Below, in pieces: positions 56,323-64,000 of a stretch of DNA of 64,000 nt. Both the position numbers and the translations under genes were made by a program. Positions within the stretch are counted from its first letter, which is position 1; each line of letters opens with the position of its first letter. Origin of the DNA: Alphaproteobacteria bacterium (GTDB lineage Bacteria; Pseudomonadota; Alphaproteobacteria; Micropepsales; Micropepsaceae); contig WGNJ01000018.1 in NCBI GenBank assembly GCA_016124635.1, forward strand, positions 276,551 through 340,550. Direction: 5' to 3'. A model generated the notes under the pieces. The model was not told where the DNA came from. It saw nothing but the letters and a program-made list of their open reading frames with translations, and searched no databases.

Positions 56323-57276
56323 TCACCGCTGGCGCGCCAGCCATTCCTCGTAGAGCATCGCGTAGAAGACGCTGTCCAAGTATTCGCCGTCGCGGAAGAA
56401 GGCTTGACGGAAGAGGCCTTCACGGCGGAAGCCCGCGCGCTCCGCGACGGCGACAGAACGGGCGTTTTGCGGGTCGATATCGAGATAAACGCGATGCAGC
56501 TTCAGCGTCTTGAAGCCGTGCGTCAGCATCGCCTCGACGGCTTCTGCGACGTAACCGTTGCCACGCTGGGCGGCGGCTAGGATGTAGCCAAGACCCGCGA
56601 TGCCGTGGTTCTCGTTGTAGAAATTGATCCAGCCCAGAGCGCGCTCGCCATCCTTGGTGATGGCGAACGAGAAGGCGGGCTTCGATTGCGGCGGCAGATT
56701 GTGGGCGATGCGCGTCTGCATCTCATCGATGCGCGTCAGCGGCGCATGCGACCAGTGCTGCATGGTGTCCGGATCGCTGAACAGCGGGAAGAGAGCGTGC
56801 GCGTCGCTCATGCGGATCGGACGCAGAATAAGCCGCTCGGTCCGCAGAATGGGTTCGGCCACCGCCTTCGGTTTTGCCGGGCCCTTCAGCTCGATGACGT
56901 TCTGGAACGGATCGCGGATATAGACGGAGGGCCCGTCGCCCTCCGCCCCGTAGCGATCGCCCTGCTCGTGGATTTCAATGCCGTGCATCGTCAGGTGGCG
57001 CGTGATCTGCGCCTCCTCAAACGGGTCGATGCGCAAGCAGATGTGATCGACGTTGAACGACTCTGGCGCGAGCTTCGTGTCCTTCGCCCATTTGGCGAGA
57101 TCGATGAGATCTATCAGCGAGCGGCCGACGCGAAGCTGAACCAGGCCGATGCGATCGATGCGCCGTTCTTCCACCGCGCCAAGGACGCCGACGTAAAAGT
57201 CGAGCGCCCGCTCCATATCGGGAACGCGCAAGACGACATGATCCAATCCGATGAGCGCGAACGGTGCGACGCTCAT
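56323..57276 (-). CDS. bifunctional fusion: VOC (glyoxalase/bleomycin-resistance fold) domain + RimJ/RimL-type GNAT acetyltransferase
   Basis: N-terminal LDHVVLRVPDMERALDFYVGVLG...YIRDPFQNVIEL, a linker, then LRTERLILRPIRMSDAHALFPLFSDPDTMQHW...GNGYVAEAVEAML...NARSVAVAERAGFRREG. Confidence 0.88.
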   Translation of the reverse strand: MSVAPFALIGLDHVVLRVPDMERALDFYVGVLGAVEERRIDRIGLVQLRVGRSLIDLIDLAKWAKDTKLAPESFNVDHICLRIDPFEEAQITRHLTMHGIEIHEQGDRYGAEGDGPSVYIRDPFQNVIELKGPAKPKAVAEPILRTERLILRPIRMSDAHALFPLFSDPDTMQHWSHAPLTRIDEMQTRIAHNLPPQSKPAFSFAITKDGERALGWINFYNENHGIAGLGYILAAAQRGNGYVAEAVEAMLTHGFKTLKLHRVYLDIDPQNARSVAVAERAGFRREGLFRQAFFRDGEYLDSVFYAMLYEEWLARQR

Positions 57277-57279
57277 GCC

Positions 57280-57945
57280 TCAAATCCTTTGCCAGACCGC
57301 GTAGCCCAAGAAGACGAGACCGGTAAGGAAGATAAGGATGCCGGAGCCCTGGTTCATGCGGCGCAAGGTCTCGGGCCCGATCGTCTTGTGAAAGATCGCG
57401 GTGATCTCGGTGACGACGAACCACCAGAGCACGGAACCGCCGAAGACCGAGACAACGACGACGAACGTGGCGAGCAAACTCGCATGGAAATCGACGATCG
57501 ATTGCAGGCCCGCGAACGAGGCTGCGAAGCCGACAAGGGTTGCGGGGTTCGTGATCGTTAGCGCGAACGTCGCCGCAACGGCGACGGCAAGGGCGCCCGC
57601 CTCGCCGCGGTGCATGCTCTCGTCCGGATGGGCCATGACCTGAGGGGCCGCGGCAATGAAGGCTCTGTAGCCGTAGACCATCAAGATCAAAGCGCCGATG
57701 AGCTTCAAGAAGATGCCCATGTCTTCGATCAGCTGGAACACGGCCGTGATGCCGAAGCCCGAGACGACGGCAAAGATGCCGTCGCCACAAGCGGCGCCCA
57801 TGCCGGCCATGAAGCCGTTGAGCTGCCCATAGGTCAGCGTGCGGCGAATACAGATCAGGTTCACGGGCCCGATGGGCGCGGCCACAAGAATGCCAATAAC
57901 GAGCCCACCGCCAATCAGGGTCGCCCAGTCCATTCCATAATTCAC
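57280..57945 (-). CDS. LysE/RhtB-family amino-acid exporter
   Basis: APIGPVNLICIRRTLTYG motif and six TM helices. Confidence 0.9.
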   Translation of the reverse strand: MNYGMDWATLIGGGLVIGILVAAPIGPVNLICIRRTLTYGQLNGFMAGMGAACGDGIFAVVSGFGITAVFQLIEDMGIFLKLIGALILMVYGYRAFIAAAPQVMAHPDESMHRGEAGALAVAVAATFALTITNPATLVGFAASFAGLQSIVDFHASLLATFVVVVSVFGGSVLWWFVVTEITAIFHKTIGPETLRRMNQGSGILIFLTGLVFLGYAVWQRI

Positions 57946-58416
57946 AGGCTGGTATCCCCTGGACCCGACCGGAATCTTTCAAGGTTCGATAATATCGTTA
58001 CTTGGACCGTCTGCGTAAAGACGATTCCTGCTGTGCGAGGTCCCCGACCTCTTCCTTTAACGATTTGGCTCTTGGATGGCCAGCGATTGCGATCGGTGCC
58101 TTGCATCGTAAGAAGGTGCAGTTCGTGTCTCAGGCGAAAGCGTTGCGGTGGCGATGACACGCATCGAAGCTCGGCGCAACACTTTGTTTATGTATTCGTT
58201 GCGGTTCGTAATGATTCCTCCACCGCGAGGAAAACGTTCGCTGCCTATCGCCGTTCGGCAATGCGGAAGAATTTGTAGACTTTGTCGCAGCCACCATCTG
58301 CGTTGCGACAATCGCCACGGCGAATGGCCGAGTTCGGCGGCTGTTACATGGCACATCGCGTGCGTTGGGCTCTTCGCCACCTCGCATTTTGCGGCTGGCG
58401 GCCAAAGGAGAAACGC

Positions 58417-59241
58417 ATGCAAATATCCAGTGTAGGAGGGCCGGCATCTTGGAATCCTTCCCAGATGCTCTCGGCTCTCTTGTCGCGACTGGACCAGCAA
58501 TCCAGTTCGACAACGCAGAACGACGGCGCGACGTCTACGCCTCAGTCCCAGTCGGCGAGCGCTCCCGCTATCAACGGCAACAACAAGCCAAGTCTCAGCT
58601 CGATGGTCCTCGGCGCCTTGATGTGGGCGCAAAACGACAGCGAGGCCACGGCCGGTGGGCCGATCGATGCATCTTCGCAACCGCAAGATCCGGTGCAGTC
58701 GCTGTTCTCAGCCATGGATCAGGATGGCGACGGAACCGTGTCACAAGGCGAAATGGAGACGTACATCGAAGCCAAGGGCGGCACGCAAAGCGAAGCCGAC
58801 ACGCTTTATAGCCTGGTGACGCAAAACGGAGCCGAGGCGTTGAGCGAACAGCAATTGGCCTCGCAAGTCCCGCCGTCTCCGGGCGGCCCCCAAGGCGCCC
58901 AAGGCCATCGGCACGGGCATCATCACCACCACGTCTCGGCAACCGACACCGCGGATGCTCTCGTCAACGCGATCGACAGCAACGGTGACGGATCTGTCGA
59001 CCAAAGCGAGATGGAGAACTTCTTCACGAGCAACGGGGGCACGACCAGCCTGGCAGACTCGGTTTTCGGGACAATCGACTCGAATGGCACCGGCGCAATC
59101 TCGTCTTCTGATTTCGCCAGCGCGATCGAAAGCCTGCAAAAGAGCGTTGCGTCGGGCTCGGCCTCCTCGATGATGGCCCTGCTCAACGCATTTACGCAAC
59201 AGACGACGTCCGCCGCCAATACAGTATCCGTCGCCGCCTAA
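58417..59241 (+). CDS. EF-hand calcium-binding protein with His-rich linker
   Basis: AAGGAG SD 6 nt before ATG 58417. EF loops DQDGDGTVSQGE, DSNGDGSVDQSE and DSNGTGAISSSD. HRHGHHHHH tract. No N-terminal signal peptide is visible. Confidence 0.8.
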   Translation: MQISSVGGPASWNPSQMLSALLSRLDQQSSSTTQNDGATSTPQSQSASAPAINGNNKPSLSSMVLGALMWAQNDSEATAGGPIDASSQPQDPVQSLFSAMDQDGDGTVSQGEMETYIEAKGGTQSEADTLYSLVTQNGAEALSEQQLASQVPPSPGGPQGAQGHRHGHHHHHVSATDTADALVNAIDSNGDGSVDQSEMENFFTSNGGTTSLADSVFGTIDSNGTGAISSSDFASAIESLQKSVASGSASSMMALLNAFTQQTTSAANTVSVAA

Positions 59242-59286
59242 ACGGTGTCGTTGCCGGCCGAGATTCGCAGAACGCGAAGCTTGGTC

Positions 59287-59751
59287 TCAGCTTATCGCAA
59301 CAATCTCGGCGTCGCCCTGCCCGACATGAACGACGTCGCCGACGCCCTTGCCCATCAAAGCCTTTGCCATCGGCGCCACATACGAGACCGTGCCCTTCTC
59401 CGGGTCGGCTTCGTCAAGACCGACAATGCGAAACGTTTGCTCACGGCCGTCATTACGCTCGATGGTGACGCGCAAGCCAAAGGCGACTTTCGATTTGTCC
59501 GCTGGCATGGGCACGAGCTCGGCATTCGAGCGGCGCGCCGTCCAATAGCGAAGGTCACGCGCGATGTGAGCTTGCGCATTCAGATCTTCGCGTTCCTCGG
59601 CCTCCGTCAGCTGCTTGCTGAGGTCCGATTGCATGCGCTCGATCTGAGCGAGGCCCTCCGCGGTCACGAGATTGGGATGCGGCGGGATCTCGCGATCCGG
59701 CAGAACATCGATCTGGCCTTCATCGTCGTCGTTGACAAACGCTTTGTTCAT
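59287..59751 (-). CDS. GreA/GreB-family transcription elongation factor-like protein
   Basis: The C-terminal FKBP-like domain pattern VAFGLRVTIERNDGREQTFRIVGLDEADPEKGTVSYVAPMAKALMGKGVGDVV is typical of GreA/B C-termini. Confidence 0.88.
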   Translation of the reverse strand: MNKAFVNDDDEGQIDVLPDREIPPHPNLVTAEGLAQIERMQSDLSKQLTEAEEREDLNAQAHIARDLRYWTARRSNAELVPMPADKSKVAFGLRVTIERNDGREQTFRIVGLDEADPEKGTVSYVAPMAKALMGKGVGDVVHVGQGDAEIVAIS

Positions 59752-59770
59752 ACACGGCTCCTTTCGGCCG

Positions 59771-60331
59771 TCACACCAACATCTCCGGCTTGAATTTGCG
59801 ACGCATGTTGAGCGGCGGTCCGGAAATCATGAACATGCCCTCGCCGCGGTAATGGACCGTGCGCGGATACTTCGGCGCGCGGGCGGCGTGGGCCTTCACA
59901 ACCTCGAAGATGAAGTAATTGTACTTTTGAATGAGCCGCGCGTCGACCAGCTTGCACTCGAGATTCGCGAAACATTCGGCGATCAATGGCGCCTTTACCA
60001 TCGCGCCGGCCGCTCGCGTCAGCTTGAATTCCGCGAATTTGTCCATCTCCGCGCCGCTCGAATTGCCGATTCCCACCACCTGATCGATAAGATGAACTTC
60101 GGGAACGTTGATAACGCATTGCTTGCTGCGGCGGATCAAATCGAAGCTGTGGTTGGCGCTCGAAATGACGCAGCCGACGAGCGAGGGACTGAACTCCATG
60201 ACAGTGTGCCAGCCCAAGGTCATGATGTTCGACGCGCCCTGCCAGGCGGAACTGACAAGGACGACCGGGCCAGGCTCAAGGAAGCGGCGGACCTTTTCGA
60301 TCGGAAAGTCGCTCTTCACATACTTGCGCAT
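59771..60331 (-). CDS. flavin reductase family protein
   Basis: PVVLVSSAWQGASNIMTLGWHTVMEFSPSLVGCVIS is typical of the flavin reductase-like FMN-binding split barrel. ATG 60331. Confidence 0.85.
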   Translation of the reverse strand: MRKYVKSDFPIEKVRRFLEPGPVVLVSSAWQGASNIMTLGWHTVMEFSPSLVGCVISSANHSFDLIRRSKQCVINVPEVHLIDQVVGIGNSSGAEMDKFAEFKLTRAAGAMVKAPLIAECFANLECKLVDARLIQKYNYFIFEVVKAHAARAPKYPRTVHYRGEGMFMISGPPLNMRRKFKPEMLV

Positions 60332-60407
60332 TTCAAGACCTTTGCGACGGTCAACTCTATCACGTTGCTTGAGCGGGTTCCCGGTGCGGGACGAGCGCGT
60401 CCATGAA

Positions 60408-61538
60408 ATGACCGAAACGTTGCGAGGCTTGCTGCGTGCGCTCACGGTGCTGACGGTCGTTGTGCTCCTAACGGCCGCGGCGCGAGCTGCTGAGGCCCCG
60501 GCGTCACGCGCCTATCCTGAGGGGGACAGATTGTTTCACACGGACCCGCGCTGGCTCGGCGGTGACGCGGCTTTCTCAGTTGCACTGTCATCTGGGCGAA
60601 CGCTGTGGCTCTTCGGCGATTCATTCGTCGACGAGACGGCGCCCTATGCGCGCACAGATGCGGCTTTCGTGCGCAACACAGTCGCCATTGAAACGGGAAC
60701 CGATCCTCGTAGAGCTGGAATGCATTTCTATTGGCGCCATGACAAACGCGGAAAGCCCACCGCGTTCGTTCCCGGCGCCACCGATTCTTGGTATTGGCCG
60801 CGCGGCGGCGTGCGGCTGAAGGCGGGACCGCTCATCCTCTTCCTCAGCAAGATCAAGCCCGCAGCCAACGACTTGGGCTTCGCCACCGTCGGCTATGCGA
60901 TCGCGCGTGTCGCCAATCCAAGCGAAGAACCCGCACAGTGGCGCATGCGCGTCTTCGATCAGCCGAGATTGCCGTTCGACGCGCTTCCGGGCTCAGGGCC
61001 CGTTCTCGACGGCGGGTTTGTCGTAACGTTGGCGACGCGCGAACGTGACGCTCATGCTGCATCGCTCGTGCGCTATCGCATCAGCTCTCTTGAGAAAAGG
61101 CGGCTAATCCCTGGCCGGTGGTGGGAGGGAAAAACTCGAAGTTGGGTTTCGATCGCACGCGTCGCCGCCGTCGGGCCGACCATCGTGATCGGCGATGCTG
61201 GGGCTGAATCGTCGCTACATTGGAGCGGGACGCTGCGGTCTTACGTCCATGTCGCCAGCTACGGGTTCGGCGCTTCCACAATCGGCGTGCGCACCGCGCC
61301 CAAGCTCACCGGACCATGGAGTGCCGTGCGCACGGTTTACCGGCCACCGGAATCCGACGCGCCGAAGCCATTCGTTTACGCCGGCAAGGCGCACCCAGAG
61401 CAAACGGGTGCGCCGGGACTTCTCGTCACCTATGTTGCCAACGCGTTCGACCCAGCGTCCCTGTTGACGCCCGATGGCGAGCGCAAGCTTTATTGGCCAC
61501 ATTTCGCCGTCGTGCCGATCGAGAAAATACAAGAATAA
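60408..61538 (+). CDS. secreted hypothetical protein (DUF4185/beta-propeller glycosidase-like, tentative)
   Basis: Signal MTETLRGLLRALTVLTVVVLLTAAARAAEA. TLWLFGDSFV and SWYWPRGG motifs recall DUF4185-type proteins. Confidence 0.65.
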   Translation: MTETLRGLLRALTVLTVVVLLTAAARAAEAPASRAYPEGDRLFHTDPRWLGGDAAFSVALSSGRTLWLFGDSFVDETAPYARTDAAFVRNTVAIETGTDPRRAGMHFYWRHDKRGKPTAFVPGATDSWYWPRGGVRLKAGPLILFLSKIKPAANDLGFATVGYAIARVANPSEEPAQWRMRVFDQPRLPFDALPGSGPVLDGGFVVTLATRERDAHAASLVRYRISSLEKRRLIPGRWWEGKTRSWVSIARVAAVGPTIVIGDAGAESSLHWSGTLRSYVHVASYGFGASTIGVRTAPKLTGPWSAVRTVYRPPESDAPKPFVYAGKAHPEQTGAPGLLVTYVANAFDPASLLTPDGERKLYWPHFAVVPIEKIQE

Positions 61539-61636
61539 CAAGCAATTTCTCAGTCTCGGCGGTGGAATCAACGTGCGTGACATTAACGTGTCGCAATGCC
61601 AGGTTCCGCCCCTCAACAGCTGGGGCAAGCAAATCA

Positions 61637-61885
61637 GTGACAGAGCAAATCATTGCGCCGACAAGCCACACGACGCAGGCACGATCGCTGGCCAAAACGT
61701 TCTCGTGGCGCGCCCTGGCGTCGGTCGACACATTCATTTTGGGCTTGATCATCACCGGCAGCATGACTTTCGCCGGATCGATTGCGACGCTCGAGGTTCT
61801 GACGAAATTGATCTTGTACTATCTGCATGAGCGCGCTTGGGCTCGCGTTGCGTGGGGCGTGAAACCCGCGGAGGAGACACCGTGA
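61637..61885 (+). CDS. DUF2061-family small membrane protein
   Basis: RSLAKTFSWRALASVDTFILGLIITG...LILYYLHERAW is the DUF2061 signature. GTG 61637 is chosen as start, and upstream of it the frame is not protein-like. Confidence 0.6.
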   Translation: MTEQIIAPTSHTTQARSLAKTFSWRALASVDTFILGLIITGSMTFAGSIATLEVLTKLILYYLHERAWARVAWGVKPAEETP

Positions 61886-62265
61886 TATTTCGAATCCAAA
61901 CAGCTGCGGCGATCGCCGCCTTGATCGCCACATCGGCCGGTAACGCGATGGCCGACGGCGACGCGGCGAAGGGTGCGAACTATGTGAAGGGGCGATGCAC
62001 TGTTTGCCACTCGATCGAAAAGGGTGGCGGCAACCGGATCGGGCCCAATCTCTATGGCGTCTACGGCAGGCATTCCGCGTCGGCTCCCGGCTACTCGTAC
62101 TCGGGCGCGATGAAGAACTCGGGCATCGTCTGGACGGCCGACAAGCTCAAGGTGTTCTTGCACAATCCGCGCGTGGCAGTGCCTGGCACAAAGATGACCT
62201 ATGCCGGGATTCCGCGTGACGAGGACCTCGCCAACACGATCGCTTATCTCGCGACACTGAAGTGA
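61882..62265 (+). CDS. class I c-type cytochrome (cytochrome c2/c550-like)
   Basis: CTVCH heme-binding motif and the distal Met in PGTKMTYAG. Signal peptide present. GTG start overlaps the DUF2061 stop (GTGA), with GGAGGAG SD upstream. Confidence 0.9.
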   Translation: MIFRIQTAAAIAALIATSAGNAMADGDAAKGANYVKGRCTVCHSIEKGGGNRIGPNLYGVYGRHSASAPGYSYSGAMKNSGIVWTADKLKVFLHNPRVAVPGTKMTYAGIPRDEDLANTIAYLATLK

Positions 62266-62266
62266 G

Positions 62267-63088
62267 TTACTTCGAAGCCGAGGTCTTGGTGAAAGACGCG
62301 GTGAAGCTCGTCACCTCGTCGCGCGTTTTCACGCACGCGCTCGCCGATCCCAGCCTCGCGCGATAGACGGCAATGCCCGGCGAGTTCGGTGCAAAGGGAT
62401 CGCTGATGCGCGTGTGATAGGCACCCTCGCCGATCGGAGACGGCGTTCCTTCCTTCGGCTCGAACGGCTTGTGTGCGTCCGCCTTCGCAGCATCCGCACC
62501 TGCGAGCGCCAGCATAATCGTTCGGCTGCCTGCATGGGCGGTAAACGTCACCGCATGCGGATTGGCGTTTTGGACCCAAAGGCAATGGCCAATGGTTCTG
62601 AATATCACTTCGTTGCAAGCATCGCCGCAGGCGTGCGGATCGATTGGAGCCGGCGCTGACGGCGCCGCCGCAGGCTCGGTCGCAGCCGGCGAGGTTGTGA
62701 TCGCCGGGGCGGTCGGCGTCGAGGGGGGCGCCGGCGCTACTGGGGCCACGCCCAGCGCAAGCGGCTTTGAGCGCGGGAATGGTCCGCCCACGGTCGCCAT
62801 TGCCGGCTTGGGCTTGGGAAGTACCTTTGACGACGCTGTGGTCATTGCCGTTGCCGCAGAGTTGTCCACGACGATCGGAGGGTTCGGCGAATAGGCCTCG
62901 TCTTTGGGGTCGGGCTTGTGGCGGGGCTCAGGCGGTAGAGGCGCTTCGGGCGTCGGCGCTGCCTCGCTCTGGTCCGGTGCCGCTGACGCCGGTGGCGTCA
63001 CGGCTCCAGCCGACGTATCAGCAGCCGCTAGCGCTGAGGTGGAAGACAGCGCGAGGGCAAGCAACACAGCAACGGCTCTGTCACTCAT
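62267..63088 (-). CDS. secreted Pro/Ala-rich protein with C-terminal Cys-containing globular domain
   Basis: ATG 63088 gives MSDRAVAVLLALALSSTSALAAA. About 150 aa of P/A/T-rich low complexity follow, then about 110 aa of ordered sequence (HACGDACNEVIFRTIGHCLWVQNANPHAVTF...). Confidence 0.6.
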   Translation of the reverse strand: MSDRAVAVLLALALSSTSALAAADTSAGAVTPPASAAPDQSEAAPTPEAPLPPEPRHKPDPKDEAYSPNPPIVVDNSAATAMTTASSKVLPKPKPAMATVGGPFPRSKPLALGVAPVAPAPPSTPTAPAITTSPAATEPAAAPSAPAPIDPHACGDACNEVIFRTIGHCLWVQNANPHAVTFTAHAGSRTIMLALAGADAAKADAHKPFEPKEGTPSPIGEGAYHTRISDPFAPNSPGIAVYRARLGSASACVKTRDEVTSFTASFTKTSASK

Positions 63089-63509
63089 GATCTGCACAGG
63101 GGGGCTCACGGCTTACGAAGCTCTAAAGACTATCCGAGTCCGGGCGTCGGCTGAAGGGAATTTCCGATGGCTTCCTTACCGGCTCGACGCCACGGGCGAT
63201 CCGATCTCGGCGGCGCAACATAACCGGGCGCCCAACGGAAAGTGACCCGAAATGAACCACGCGGCGGTATGCACCATCGGACAATTGATTTTCGTCCGCG
63301 GAGGCGAGTCGCCCGGAGCGTTTTCGCCTGCGCGGTCAAACTCGCCGTCGCTCCCGGCGCGCTCGCCCACAACGAAGTCTGAGCACCCTGCTTTGTTGAA
63401 GGGATTGGCTTAACCAAGCGGCCGTGTACGATTCGCGCTGGGTGGTGTCGCGCGGTGACAGCTTCGGCGGGCCGTCCCTGCCTACTATTGCGTTGGGTAG
63501 GGGGCATTC

Positions 63510-64000
63510 ATGGGGCAATTCGACAGCGCGCGGCATGCGCGCTGGATTGTTTGCGTAAGCATTGTTGTTGCAGTCCTTGGTCTGCCGGGCCCTGCCCGCG
63601 GCGAAACGCTGAACGAAGCACTTGCGCAGGCCTACAGCACAAATCCGGATCTTGCAGCCGCGCGGTCGCGATTGCGCCAGGTGGACGAGCAACTGTCTGT
63701 AGCGAACGCGAATTGGCGCCCAAAGGTCGTGGCGACAACAGGGGCGGAGCATCTGCGCGAAACCGGCGCCTACCCCGGCGGCAACTACACCGACGACTAT
63801 CCGATCGCGACTGCCGAGGTCGAAGCCGTGCAACCGCTCTTTTCGAGCGGCAGGTTCGGCGCGACACGCCGCGTCGCGCAAGCTCAAATCCGGGCAGAAC
63901 GCGCGCAACTCCGGCAGACGGAGCAAAATGTGCTGCTCGATACAATCAAGGCGTTCGCCGACGTCGCGCTGGCGGAACGAAGCTTCGACCTCATCCGCGA
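63510..64000 (+). CDS. TolC-family outer-membrane efflux protein (3' partial, runs off window end)
   Basis: Not in the ORF track because it has no stop in the window. ATG 63510 gives MGQFDSARHARWIVCVSIVVAVLGLPGPARGETLNEALAQAYSTNPDLAAARSRLRQVDEQLSVANANWRPKV, a typical TolC N-terminus. Confidence 0.85.
   Translation, partial: MGQFDSARHARWIVCVSIVVAVLGLPGPARGETLNEALAQAYSTNPDLAAARSRLRQVDEQLSVANANWRPKVVATTGAEHLRETGAYPGGNYTDDYPIATAEVEAVQPLFSSGRFGATRRVAQAQIRAERAQLRQTEQNVLLDTIKAFADVALAERSFDLIR

Noticed and set aside
1-64000. CRISPR arrays, IS elements/transposases, integrases, rRNA and toxin-antitoxin pairs.
   Set aside because: No regularly spaced direct repeats, terminal inverted repeats with transposase ORFs, recombinase motifs or rRNA-like conserved stretches were seen on either strand. 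This scan was by eye only.

Overview
GC-rich chromosomal segment; codon third positions are almost all G/C. The gene content looks alphaproteobacterial, Hyphomicrobiales/Rhizobiales-like (DUF2842, short-type argC, ctaA, a CoA-binding gene coupled to metY, cytochrome c2-like). This taxon call is inference only. I can support about 63 protein-coding genes, densely packed on both strands. Most are ordinary metabolism, transport and stress genes: metY, argC, ctaA, aldehyde dehydrogenase, two SDRs, two GSTs, an RND pump, a CDF/MerR metal pair, a TonB-dependent receptor, a P-type H+-ATPase, an FTR1 iron permease, two paralogous M13 peptidases and a partial TolC at the right edge. I found no rRNA, no complete tRNA, no CRISPR array, and no transposase or integrase. 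Many long ORFs in the supplied track are GC-driven shadow frames antisense to real genes, and I ignored them. The least ordinary stretch is about 26.4-29.7 kb. It has lower GC flanks and holds an orphan phage terminase-small-subunit-like HTH gene behind a near-consensus promoter. Next to that gene is a secreted protein made of three 42-43 aa internal repeats (beta-trefoil-like). Convergent on it is a roughly 616 aa polytopic membrane protein that ends in a type II secretion pseudopilin G-like domain without a prepilin cleavage site. Other notable points are an FTR1 permease fused in frame to a roughly 250 aa beta-rich domain behind an internal signal-peptide-like segment, an 8-bp perfect hairpin burying the Shine-Dalgarno of an Hsp70-like gene, a textbook MerR-type 19-bp-spacer promoter, and a VOC-GNAT fusion. 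All functional calls come from motif recognition by eye. No searches were run.
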